Shown here: piece after piece, positions 16,303 through 24,502 of the stretch | Position numbering within the stretch: the first letter of the stretch is position 1 | Layout: every line of letters begins with the position of its first letter | Assembly: GCA_964481495.1 (NCBI GenBank) | Contig: CAYZUY010000009.1 | Span: 4,323-29,683, forward strand | Source of the DNA: an uncultured bacterium | Lineage (GTDB): Bacteria > Cyanobacteriota > Cyanobacteriia > Synechococcales > Synechococcaceae | Length of the DNA stretch: 25,361 nucleotides | Direction of reading: 5' to 3' | Position numbers and translations under genes: made by a program | The notes under the pieces: generated by a model | The model's input: only the letters and a program-made list of their open reading frames with translations | What the model was told of the DNA's origin: nothing | Databases searched by the model: none

Positions 16303-17667
16303 ATGGGGCTGCCGCTGAGTCTGGGTGTTCTGGCGCTGCTGGCCCTGCCCCTGGGCTGGATCGGTCACCGCTGGCGCCCGGTTCTTGGGCTGGTCGCCAC
16401 GGGCTGGTTCTGGCTGATGGTGCTGGAGCAGCCCTGGCCCGGTCTGGCCCTGCTGCTAGGGCTGGTGTCCCTGACCCGGTTCGCGGCCCAGCGGCTGCAG
16501 ACCAGCCCCCACCCCCGCCGCTGGCTGGTCGGAGCCGGGGCGATCGCCCTGCTGCTCTGGGGGGCCCTGCGCCCGGGCACCGCCTGGGCGACCCTGGGCC
16601 TGAGCTTCGCCCTGTTCGAAAGCCTCGGCTTTCTGATCGATCGCCACCGCCACCGGGAGCCCCTGCCGTCGCTTGGGGACCTGCTGGCCTACCGCAGCTT
16701 CTTCCCCAAACTGCTGGCAGGACCGCTGACCCCCTACCCCACCTGGGCGATCCAGCAGACCCACCCCCTGGTGCTGGATGCCCCACGCCTGACCGAGGCC
16801 CTCTGGCTGATCGCCCTGGGGCTGTTCCGCAAGCGGGTGATCGGCGATCGCTGCGGGCAGATCGCCCTGGTGCTACTCAGCCATCCCGAACAGGCGGGCA
16901 GCGCCGACCTGCGTCTGGGGCTGCTCTGTCTGGGGCTGCAGATCTACTTCGACTTCGCCGGATACACCGATCTAGCCCGGGGCAGTGCCCTGCTGCTGCG
17001 GGTCTGGCTGCCGGAGAACTTCCGGGGGCCCTACTTCAGCACCAGCCTGAGCGACTTCTGGCGGCGCTGGCACATCAGCCTCGGGCTCTGGCTGCGGCAG
17101 TACCTCTACATTCCCCTGGGGGGCTCTCGCCGGGGGCTGGGGCGCACCTGCAGCAACCTGATGCTGGTGATGCTGCTGATGGGGGCCTGGCACGGGCCGT
17201 CCCCCGGCTTCCTACTCTGGGGGCTGCTGCAGGGCCTGGGGCTAGTGCTGCACCGGCTCACCCGCCACCTCTGCACCCTCCGGCCGATCCTGACCCTGCT
17301 CTGGGGTAGCTGGCCCGGTCAGATTCTGGGCTGGGCAATCACCCAGACCTGGGTGTTCGGTAGCTGGCTGGTATTCCGGCTGCCGCTGGAGCAGGCCGCA
17401 GACGTGCTCACCCGACTGGGAAACCATCCGGCCGCTCCCGACTTCCAGGCACGGGTCTACGGAACTGCCCTGGGCCTGAGTGCTCCGGAAATCCTGATCG
17501 GGGCCGGGCTCGTGGTGGCGGTCATGGCTCTGCGCCAGATCTGGCGCCACCGGGGTAGCCCGCCGCCTCCGCTCTGGCTGCCGACCCTGGCAGTGCCACC
17601 GCTGCTCTACGCCAGCTGGGTGCTGGCCCCCGCCGAGACCCCGCCCTTCGTCTACTGGGGCTTCTAA
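16303..17667 (+). CDS. MBOAT-family O-acyltransferase (AlgI/DltB-like)
   Basis: FFPKLLAGP, GLFRKRVIGD, QIYFDFAGYTD, ENFRGPY, DFWRRWHISL, RQYLYIPLGGSR, catalytic GAWHG. Confidence 0.93.
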   Translation: MGLPLSLGVLALLALPLGWIGHRWRPVLGLVATGWFWLMVLEQPWPGLALLLGLVSLTRFAAQRLQTSPHPRRWLVGAGAIALLLWGALRPGTAWATLGLSFALFESLGFLIDRHRHREPLPSLGDLLAYRSFFPKLLAGPLTPYPTWAIQQTHPLVLDAPRLTEALWLIALGLFRKRVIGDRCGQIALVLLSHPEQAGSADLRLGLLCLGLQIYFDFAGYTDLARGSALLLRVWLPENFRGPYFSTSLSDFWRRWHISLGLWLRQYLYIPLGGSRRGLGRTCSNLMLVMLLMGAWHGPSPGFLLWGLLQGLGLVLHRLTRHLCTLRPILTLLWGSWPGQILGWAITQTWVFGSWLVFRLPLEQAADVLTRLGNHPAAPDFQARVYGTALGLSAPEILIGAGLVVAVMALRQIWRHRGSPPPPLWLPTLAVPPLLYASWVLAPAETPPFVYWGF

Positions 17668-17674
17668 GCCCGCT

Positions 17675-18406
17675 TCAGATTCCGGCACCGTCGAGGAACT
17701 CCTCGATTTCCCGGTCCCGCAGGCGGCAGCGATCGCCCTCCTCCGCACTCAGCACCGGCGCCGGGGTGCCCCGCTGATCGATCAGTTCCTGGAGCTGATC
17801 CTCGAGAGCATCAATGCGGTCGAGCAGCGTCCGGATCACCCGCGCCTCAGAGTCAGGCATCTGATTGTGATCGAGGGGATTCACCCGCACGCCGGAGCGG
17901 TAGAGAATCCGCCCCGGAATCCCGACCACTGTGCAGTCCGGCGGCACATCCCGCAGCACCACGGAGCCAGCCCCAATACGGACGTTGTTGCCGATCAGCA
18001 GATTCCCAAGCACCTTGGCCCCGGCCCCCACCACCACGTTCTCGCCCAGGGTGGGGTGACGCTTGCCGCTCTCCTTGCCGGTGCCGCCCAGGGTGACGCC
18101 CTGGTAGATCAGGCAGTAGTTGCCGATAATCGCGGTTTCGCCGATCACCGCGCCCATGCCGTGGTCGATGAACACGCCCTCGCCGATGCGGGCGCCGGGG
18201 TGAATCTCGACGCCGGTCAGCCAGCGCGACAGCTGGGAAATCAGCCGCGGCAGTACCGGCAGCCCCAGACGATGCAGCGCATGGGCAACCCGATGGCAGA
18301 GCAGCGCCTGGAAGCCGGGATAGCAGAGCAGCACCTCCAGCCAGTTCCGGGCTGCTGGATCGCGTTCGAAGATGATCCGGTAGTCGGCAGCCAGCGTCCT
18401 GAGCAC
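17675..18406 (-). CDS. cysE: Serine O-acetyltransferase
   Basis: RDPAARNWLEVLLCYPG, TGVEIHPGA, FIDHGMG, QGVTLGGTGK, RHPTLG, hexapeptide repeats. GTG start; a TAGGAT -10-like hexamer lies at 18445-18440. Confidence 0.96.
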   Translation of the reverse strand: MLRTLAADYRIIFERDPAARNWLEVLLCYPGFQALLCHRVAHALHRLGLPVLPRLISQLSRWLTGVEIHPGARIGEGVFIDHGMGAVIGETAIIGNYCLIYQGVTLGGTGKESGKRHPTLGENVVVGAGAKVLGNLLIGNNVRIGAGSVVLRDVPPDCTVVGIPGRILYRSGVRVNPLDHNQMPDSEARVIRTLLDRIDALEDQLQELIDQRGTPAPVLSAEEGDRCRLRDREIEEFLDGAGI

Positions 18407-18472
18407 GGAGTCAGCGGTCTCGGCGGAAAAGCACTCTCTATCCTAGGACCTTCCCGCCGCCGCCCCGGTGAC

Positions 18473-18967
18473 TCAGGCGGCCACCAGTTGCCGCTCAGGC
18501 ACCGTCACCGTCAGGGATTTGGGCGACAGCACCTGATCGAGCAGGCGGCGCAGGCGGGGGATATCGCCACTGTTATAGACACGGAATTCCGTATGGACCG
18601 TGGCTTCGGCGGAGCGCACGCCCTGATTGAGCACCAGCGAACCATTCGGGTCGGAGACGGAGCGGTGGAAGGTGCCGGGGGGCAGACGCAGGATTTCCTT
18701 GCCCGCTTCCAGACGGACAATGTGGAAGGGCTGCTCCCAGCTGAAGTTAACCAGGTAGAAGGTACGACCGCCGGTCAGAGCCAGCAGGTTGTCTTCCTGA
18801 TGGGGGTGCAGATAGAACTGCCAGTTGCCGTGGTCGTCATTGTTGGGGCTGACCGCCGGTCCCTCATGGAACACCAGATCCCGGGCATTGGACTCGGGCA
18901 CCGTGATGTCGTAGAAGCGCACGCTGGGCGTGTCGCGGAACTTTTCGTAGGGGATGAGTTCGTACAT
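18473..18967 (-). CDS. Uncharacterised cupin-fold protein
   Basis: Cupin-like motifs FYLHPHQEDNL and LPPGTFHRS. Start moved to ATG 18967 (MYELIPYEKFRDTP). Confidence 0.82.
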   Translation of the reverse strand: MYELIPYEKFRDTPSVRFYDITVPESNARDLVFHEGPAVSPNNDDHGNWQFYLHPHQEDNLLALTGGRTFYLVNFSWEQPFHIVRLEAGKEILRLPPGTFHRSVSDPNGSLVLNQGVRSAEATVHTEFRVYNSGDIPRLRRLLDQVLSPKSLTVTVPERQLVAA

Positions 18968-18998
18968 GGCGGCGGTCCCTGTGGGTGGCGTGCCAGTC

Positions 18999-19065
18999 AC
19001 GTTAGCCGTCTCACTCGAGTCGATCAAAACGCCCGCGGACTGCCATCCATACGAAATCCGCATGG
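18999..19065 (-). promoter_or_regulatory. Cupin promoter with LysR-type operator
   Basis: Minus strand TTGATC (19027-22), 17 nt, TAACGT (19004-18999). Dyad CCATAC-N7-GCATGG (19047-65) contains T-N11-A, centred about 64 nt upstream of the predicted start site. Confidence 0.7.
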
Positions 19066-19143
19066 GAAGCCTGGTTCTGTAGCGATTGCTGCCATCTGAA
19101 GTGGAGGAATCCCCGAGATTGCTGGCAGTTCGGGAGATTGCCG

Positions 19144-20019
19144 ATGAATCTGGCCCAGCTGGAAGTGCTGATCACCGTCGCCGAAAGCGGCAGCTTCTCC
19201 CAGGCCGCCCTCGATCTGGGCACCTCCCAGCCCGCCGTCAGCCGGGCGATCGCCGCCCTTGAGGAGGAGCTGGGGGTGATTCTGCTGCACCGGGGTCGGT
19301 TCGGGGCCCGCCTCTCCCACATCGGCGAGCGGGTGCTGGAGCACGCCCGCCAGATGCTGCTGCTGCGGGACCAGATCCGCCACGACGCCAACCTGGAAAA
19401 GGGTCTGCGGGACGGCCATGTACGCATCGCCTCCTTCCGCAGTGCCGCCACCCACCTGCTGCCAGCCCGGGTCGCCGCCTTCCGCCGCCGCTGGCCGGGG
19501 GTGCAGGTGAGCCTGACGGAAACCGATCCCGCCGGGGTGGATCAGGCCCTGCGCGAGAGCCGCGCCGACATCGGTCTGGTGCCCCTACCCCGGGGCGAGG
19601 ACTTCGAGACCTGGGAGATCGCCCGGGACGAGTACGTGGTGCTGCTGCCAGGGCCACCCGCTGCCGCCCCCCCTAGCTGGGAGCAGCTGGCCCGCTACGA
19701 ATTCATCCTCTACAACTACGCCGAGTGCACCAGTGCCGTCCGCCAGCACTGGCAGCGCTGGGGCCAGGAGCTGAAGGTGGCCTACGAGATCAAGGAGGAT
19801 TCGACCATCGTCAGTATGGTCGCCCAGGGGCTGGGGGCGGCGATTCTGCCCCGACTGGCGGCCATGCCCCTGCCGCCGGGAGTCTGCGCCTATCCACTGC
19901 CGGAACCTCTGGAGCGGGTGATCGGAGCAGCCATCCTCACCCAGGCGCTGCAGCCCGCCTCAGTCTTCGCCTTCCTGGAAATGCTGCGCCAGCCCCAGCA
20001 ATTTGCCGCCGCCTCGTAA
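19144..20019 (+). CDS. LysR-family transcriptional regulator
   Basis: HTH GSFSQAALDLGTSQPAVSRAIAALEEELG and a substrate-binding domain. GGAG lies 7 nt before ATG 19144. Confidence 0.95.
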   Translation: MNLAQLEVLITVAESGSFSQAALDLGTSQPAVSRAIAALEEELGVILLHRGRFGARLSHIGERVLEHARQMLLLRDQIRHDANLEKGLRDGHVRIASFRSAATHLLPARVAAFRRRWPGVQVSLTETDPAGVDQALRESRADIGLVPLPRGEDFETWEIARDEYVVLLPGPPAAAPPSWEQLARYEFILYNYAECTSAVRQHWQRWGQELKVAYEIKEDSTIVSMVAQGLGAAILPRLAAMPLPPGVCAYPLPEPLERVIGAAILTQALQPASVFAFLEMLRQPQQFAAAS

Positions 20020-20050
20020 GCTAGGGCTGACCCACTGCCCCGTCGCTGCG

Positions 20051-21343
20051 ATGCTCCGCTCCCCGCTGCCCCGACGCCGCTTCCTCACCTGGCTGGCTGC
20101 CGGGGCCTGCACCCCCAGCCTGCTCAGCTGCGCCGGTCAGGGGGGCCGCCGCCCCGGGGAGATCGTCTTCTGGACGATGCAGCTGCAGCCGAAATTCATC
20201 CCCTACTTCACCCGCCTGATCCAACGCTTCGAAGCCGAGAACCCGGGCCAGACCGTGCGCTGGGTCGATATCCCCTGGTCAGCGATGCGCAGCAAGATCC
20301 TCACGGCCGTGTCAGCGGGCACTGCCCCGGATGTGGTCAACCTCAACCCGGACTTCGCCTCCCAACTGGCCGCCCGGGGCGCCCTGCTGAACCTGGAACC
20401 GAAGGTCAGCACCGCCGATCGGGAGCGCTTCCTGCCCAACCTCTGGCAGGCAGGCCAGCTGGGCAACGAGACCTTCGGTCTGCCCTGGTATCTGACCACG
20501 CGGGTGACGATCGCCAACCGCCAACTGCTGACCCGGGCCGGGTTCGACGCGCCTCCCCGGACCTGGGATGAGGTGCCCGCATTCGCCCACCGGTTCCGCC
20601 AGCGCACCGGCCGCTACGCCCTGTTCGCCTCCTTCGTACCCGAAGATTCGGCGGAGGTGCTCGAATCGCTGGTGCAGATGGGGGTGACCCTGGTGAACCC
20701 CGACGGGCGGGCCGGGTTCGACAGCGAGGCCGGTCGCCGTGCCTTCGGCTTCTGGGTGGACCTGTTCCGGGCCGGACTGCTGCCCCAGGAATGCCTGACC
20801 CAGGGGCACCGGCGGGCGATCGAGCTGTATCAGGCGGGGGATCTGGGGCTGCTGCAGAGCGGGCCCGAGTTCCTCAACAGCATCGCCACCAATGCCCCGG
20901 CGATCGCCCGGGTGAGCGAGGCCTTCCCCCAGCTGCGCGGCGAAAACGGGGCCACCAACGTCGCTGCCATGAATCTGGTCATCCCCCGGGATGCCGCCAA
21001 CCCCGACGGGGCACTGCGATTCGCCCTGACGGTGACCGACAGCACCAACCAGTTGGCCTTCGCCGAGGAGGCCAACGTCCTGCCCTCGACCCGGGAGGCC
21101 CTGACCCGCTACCGGGCCGGCCTCAGTCGCCGGGGCGGCTCGGCAGCGCTGATCCGGGCCCGGGCCCTGAGTGCCGAGCAGATCACCAGCGCCCGTGTGC
21201 TCGTGCCCGCCATGCGGAACCTGAACGTGCTCCAGAAGCTGATCTACGACAACCTCCAGGCCGCCATGCTGGGTCGCCAGAGCACCGCTGAAGCGGTCAC
21301 TGCCGCCGCCACCGCCTGGAACCGCCGTCTCTCAGGAAGCTGA
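20051..21343 (+). CDS. ABC transporter solute-binding lipoprotein (family 1, carbohydrate type) with Tat signal
   Basis: PRRRFL plus lipobox LLSC, PDVVNLN, LPWYLTT, NLVIP. Start moved to ATG 20051. Confidence 0.9.
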   Translation: MLRSPLPRRRFLTWLAAGACTPSLLSCAGQGGRRPGEIVFWTMQLQPKFIPYFTRLIQRFEAENPGQTVRWVDIPWSAMRSKILTAVSAGTAPDVVNLNPDFASQLAARGALLNLEPKVSTADRERFLPNLWQAGQLGNETFGLPWYLTTRVTIANRQLLTRAGFDAPPRTWDEVPAFAHRFRQRTGRYALFASFVPEDSAEVLESLVQMGVTLVNPDGRAGFDSEAGRRAFGFWVDLFRAGLLPQECLTQGHRRAIELYQAGDLGLLQSGPEFLNSIATNAPAIARVSEAFPQLRGENGATNVAAMNLVIPRDAANPDGALRFALTVTDSTNQLAFAEEANVLPSTREALTRYRAGLSRRGGSAALIRARALSAEQITSARVLVPAMRNLNVLQKLIYDNLQAAMLGRQSTAEAVTAAATAWNRRLSGS

Positions 21344-21457
21344 AACCTTAAAAGAGTCTGGAATTTTGGGCAGGCAATCGCTCCAGATGCCTGTCCCGGA
21401 CTGGCTTTTCTGTTCCTTCCCACCGGGCCGAAAAGGATGCCGGAAGTGGTTCAGGCT

Positions 21458-21475
21458 GTTACAATCGCTAACACT
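21458..21475 (+). promoter_or_regulatory. HLR1-like direct repeat (candidate RpaB site)
   Basis: GTTACAAT-CG-CTAACACT: first octamer matches the (G/T)TTACA(T/A)(T/A) consensus 8/8, second 5/8; overlaps a TACAAT -10-like hexamer. Confidence 0.55.
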
Positions 21476-21510
21476 ATGAAACCTTTCGTCACGAAATAAT
21501 CTTTCCTCCG

Positions 21511-22269
21511 ATGCGGTCAGCAACCAGCGGCGAAGGGCCCAAGCAGAAGATTCTGGTCGTGGATGACGAGGCCGCCGTTCGCCGCATCCTGACCATGCGG
21601 CTGTCCATGGCGGGCTACCGGATCGTCACCGCCGAGGACGGTCAGCAGGCCCTCGAGGTCTGGCAGCAGGAACAGCCCGACCTGATCGTCTTGGATGTGA
21701 TGCTGCCGAAGCTGGACGGCTACGGCGTCTGCCGGGAGCTGCGCCGCACCTCCAACGTGCCGATCATCATGCTCTCGGCCCTCGGGGACATCGCCGATCG
21801 GATCACCGGTCTCGACCTGGGTGCCGATGACTACCTGCCCAAGCCCTTCTCGCCCAAGGAACTCGAAGCCCGCATCGCCACCATCCTGCGCCGCTTCGAG
21901 GACAGCACCCCCGCCAGCAGCAGCCCCTCTCAGGGAGTGATCTCGATCAGCAACATCGAGATCGACACCAACCGCCGTCAGGTGTTCCAGAACGGCGAAC
22001 GGGTGCCGCTCACCTACACCGAGTTCAGCCTACTGGAGCTGCTGTTCCGCCAGCCGGGACGGGTGGTGCCCCGGGGCGAGATTCTCGAGGAACTGTGGGG
22101 CTACCCGCCACGGCGGGCCGCCGACCTACGGGTGGTGGATGTCTACGTGGCGCGGCTTCGCTCGAAGCTGGAGCCGGACCCCCGCAACCCGGAACTGATC
22201 CTCACCGTCCGGGGCACCGGCTACACCTCCCAGCGGCTCAAGGACGCCCCCCTGGAAGCAGCCAGCTGA
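21511..22269 (+). CDS. srrA: OmpR-family response regulator, RpaB paralogue (SrrA-like)
   Basis: RpaB-like receiver (KILVVDDE, LDVMLPKLDGYGVC, KPFSPKELEARI) with a divergent wHTH (WGYPPRRAADLRVVDVYVARLR) and position upstream of lysS, both matching my recollection of SrrA rather than RpaB. Confidence 0.8.
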   Translation: MRSATSGEGPKQKILVVDDEAAVRRILTMRLSMAGYRIVTAEDGQQALEVWQQEQPDLIVLDVMLPKLDGYGVCRELRRTSNVPIIMLSALGDIADRITGLDLGADDYLPKPFSPKELEARIATILRRFEDSTPASSSPSQGVISISNIEIDTNRRQVFQNGERVPLTYTEFSLLELLFRQPGRVVPRGEILEELWGYPPRRAADLRVVDVYVARLRSKLEPDPRNPELILTVRGTGYTSQRLKDAPLEAAS

Positions 22270-22335
22270 TCTGCTCCGGCCCGGACCTGCGCTTTTGTCC
22301 GATGATGGAAGACGGTCTTCCCGCCCTGCGTCTCC

Positions 22336-23871
22336 ATGTCCGACCTGCGCGCCACCCGCCTCGAGAAAGCCGAACAGCTCCGTGCCCTGGGCCTGAACCC
22401 CTACGAATACAGCTGGGAAATCAGCCACAGTACCCAGGCGCTGCAGGAGAAATTCGCGGATCTGGCGACCGGCGAGGACACCGATTTCGCCGTCTCCATC
22501 GCCGGCCGGATCATGGCCCGGCGTGTATTCGGCAAGCTGGCCTTCTTCACGCTGCTGGACGAGACCGGCCCGATTCAGCTGTTCCTGGAGAAGGCGACGA
22601 TCACCGCCAGCATGGGCGAGGACGCCTTTGCCCAGCTGAAGAACCTCACCGACGCCGGTGACATCCTCGGGGTGAAGGGGACGATCAAGCGCACGGACAA
22701 GGGTGAGCTGTCGGTGAGGGTGTCGGAGTTCCGCATCCTCACCAAGTCGCTGCAGCCCCTGCCGGACAAGTGGCACGGCCTCACGGACGTGGAGAAGCGC
22801 TACCGCCAGCGCTACGTCGATCTGATCGTCAATCCCGAGGTGCGCGAGACCTTCCGCCGCCGCGCCCGGATCACCGCCTCCATCCGTCGGCTGCTGGATG
22901 AGCAGGGCTTCATCGAAATCGAGACGCCGGTGCTGATGAGCGAAGCCGGGGGGGCCGAGGCCCGGCCCTTCATCACCTACCACAACACCCTGGACATGCC
23001 ACTCTACCTGCGGATCGCCACGGAGCTGCACCTGAAGCGGCTGGTGGTGGGCGGCTTCGAGAAGGTGTTCGAGCTGGGCCGTATCTTCCGCAACGAGGGA
23101 GTCTCGACCCGCCACAATCCGGAGTTCACCTCGATTGAGGTCTACCAGGCCTACGCCGACTACAACGACATGATGGACCTGACGGAGCAGCTGGTCTGCT
23201 ACGCCGCCAGTCAGGCCTGCGGGACGCTGAAGGTGCCCTACCAGGGTGAGATCATCGACCTCACCGGGCCCTGGCGGCGGGCGACGATGCACGAGCTGGT
23301 GCAGGAGGCAACCGGGGTCGACTTCGCTGCCTTCACGGATCTCGCCGAGGCCAAGGCTGCGGCGAAGGCCGCCGGACTGGTGCAGATCGACGACTGCCCC
23401 TCCATCGGCCACCTGCTCAACGAAGCCTTCGAGCAGAAGGTGGAAACGACGCTGATTCAGCCCACCTTCGTCACCGACTACCCGGTGGAGATCTCCCCCC
23501 TGGCCAAGCCCCACCGCAGCAAGCCGGGGCTGGTGGAACGCTTCGAGCTGTTCATCGTCGGCCGGGAAACCGCCAACAGCTTCTCGGAGCTGACGGACCC
23601 GGTGGATCAGCGACAGCGGCTGGAGACCCAGGCGGCCAAGAAGGCGGCAGGCGACGACGAAGCCCATGACGTGGACGAGGACTTCCTGTTCGCCCTGGAG
23701 CATGGCATGCCCCCCACCGGTGGCCTGGGCATCGGCATCGACCGGCTGGTGATGCTGCTCACCGACAGTCCGAGTATCCGTGATGTGATCGCCTTCCCGC
23801 TGCTGCGGCCGGAGAAGACCCAGAGCAGTGAAGAGGTGGAACCGGAAGTGGCGGTAACCGCCGAGGCCTGA
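22336..23871 (+). CDS. lysS: Lysyl-tRNA synthetase (class II)
   Basis: [67 protein letters not shown]. Confidence 0.98.
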   Translation: MSDLRATRLEKAEQLRALGLNPYEYSWEISHSTQALQEKFADLATGEDTDFAVSIAGRIMARRVFGKLAFFTLLDETGPIQLFLEKATITASMGEDAFAQLKNLTDAGDILGVKGTIKRTDKGELSVRVSEFRILTKSLQPLPDKWHGLTDVEKRYRQRYVDLIVNPEVRETFRRRARITASIRRLLDEQGFIEIETPVLMSEAGGAEARPFITYHNTLDMPLYLRIATELHLKRLVVGGFEKVFELGRIFRNEGVSTRHNPEFTSIEVYQAYADYNDMMDLTEQLVCYAASQACGTLKVPYQGEIIDLTGPWRRATMHELVQEATGVDFAAFTDLAEAKAAAKAAGLVQIDDCPSIGHLLNEAFEQKVETTLIQPTFVTDYPVEISPLAKPHRSKPGLVERFELFIVGRETANSFSELTDPVDQRQRLETQAAKKAAGDDEAHDVDEDFLFALEHGMPPTGGLGIGIDRLVMLLTDSPSIRDVIAFPLLRPEKTQSSEEVEPEVAVTAEA

Positions 23872-23874
23872 GGC

Positions 23875-24381
23875 TCAGGGCTGGAGCTGCTCGAACTCCA
23901 GCACCCGTTCGTCGCGATCGCGCACCTGAAACCGCAGGGGCTGCTCCCGCAGAATCCGGTAGCGCAGCCCCCGCGCCTCGACCCGGCGGAGGATAAGGCT
24001 GAGGGCTTCGCGGTCGAAGGAGACGTGGCGATCGCTGTCCCCGGGGCGGGCTCCCACCGCCACGTGCAGCTGGGTGCGGCGGCGCAGCTGGTACCAGAGG
24101 CTGTCGGACTCGGGAGTGGCCAGGGCCGGATTGCCGTAGAGCCCGAAGCTGCCCAGCATCGGGTCGGTCTGGGCGTAGTAGTCGAGGGGCACCAGCGCCG
24201 GGGTCAGGGCCAGACTGTCGCCGTAGAAGCGGCGGGCCGCCTCCAGATCCGAGACGAGGATGGTGTGCACCCGGGGAGCCGTACGCAGGAAGTACCACAT
24301 CGCCCCGATGTAGCCCACCAGCAGCAGCACCATGATGCCGGGGGTGGAAATCAGGCCATCCAGGGGAAAGGTCTCGTTCAT
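23875..24381 (-). CDS. Membrane-anchored VOC/glyoxalase-like protein
   Basis: N-terminal TM helix (IMVLLLVGYIGAMWYFL), then VHTILVSDLEAARRFYG, QLHV, HVSF, VRDRDERVLEF. Confidence 0.8.
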   Translation of the reverse strand: MNETFPLDGLISTPGIMVLLLVGYIGAMWYFLRTAPRVHTILVSDLEAARRFYGDSLALTPALVPLDYYAQTDPMLGSFGLYGNPALATPESDSLWYQLRRRTQLHVAVGARPGDSDRHVSFDREALSLILRRVEARGLRYRILREQPLRFQVRDRDERVLEFEQLQP

Positions 24382-24502
24382 CGGCAGCGGCGATCCGGGG
24401 CCGGGGCACAACCGGCAGTGCGTTGATCGTAGCCCTGCACCGACGCTGCGATCGCCCCTGCGGCAGAGTGGAAAGGCACTGCCGAGGACCCCTGCTGTGG
24501 AC

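Noticed and set aside
15777-17309. 510-aa same-strand alternative-frame ORF over the cytochrome and MBOAT genes
   Set aside because: Low-complexity Pro/Ala/Gly/Arg composition typical of an off-frame read of GC-rich coding DNA.
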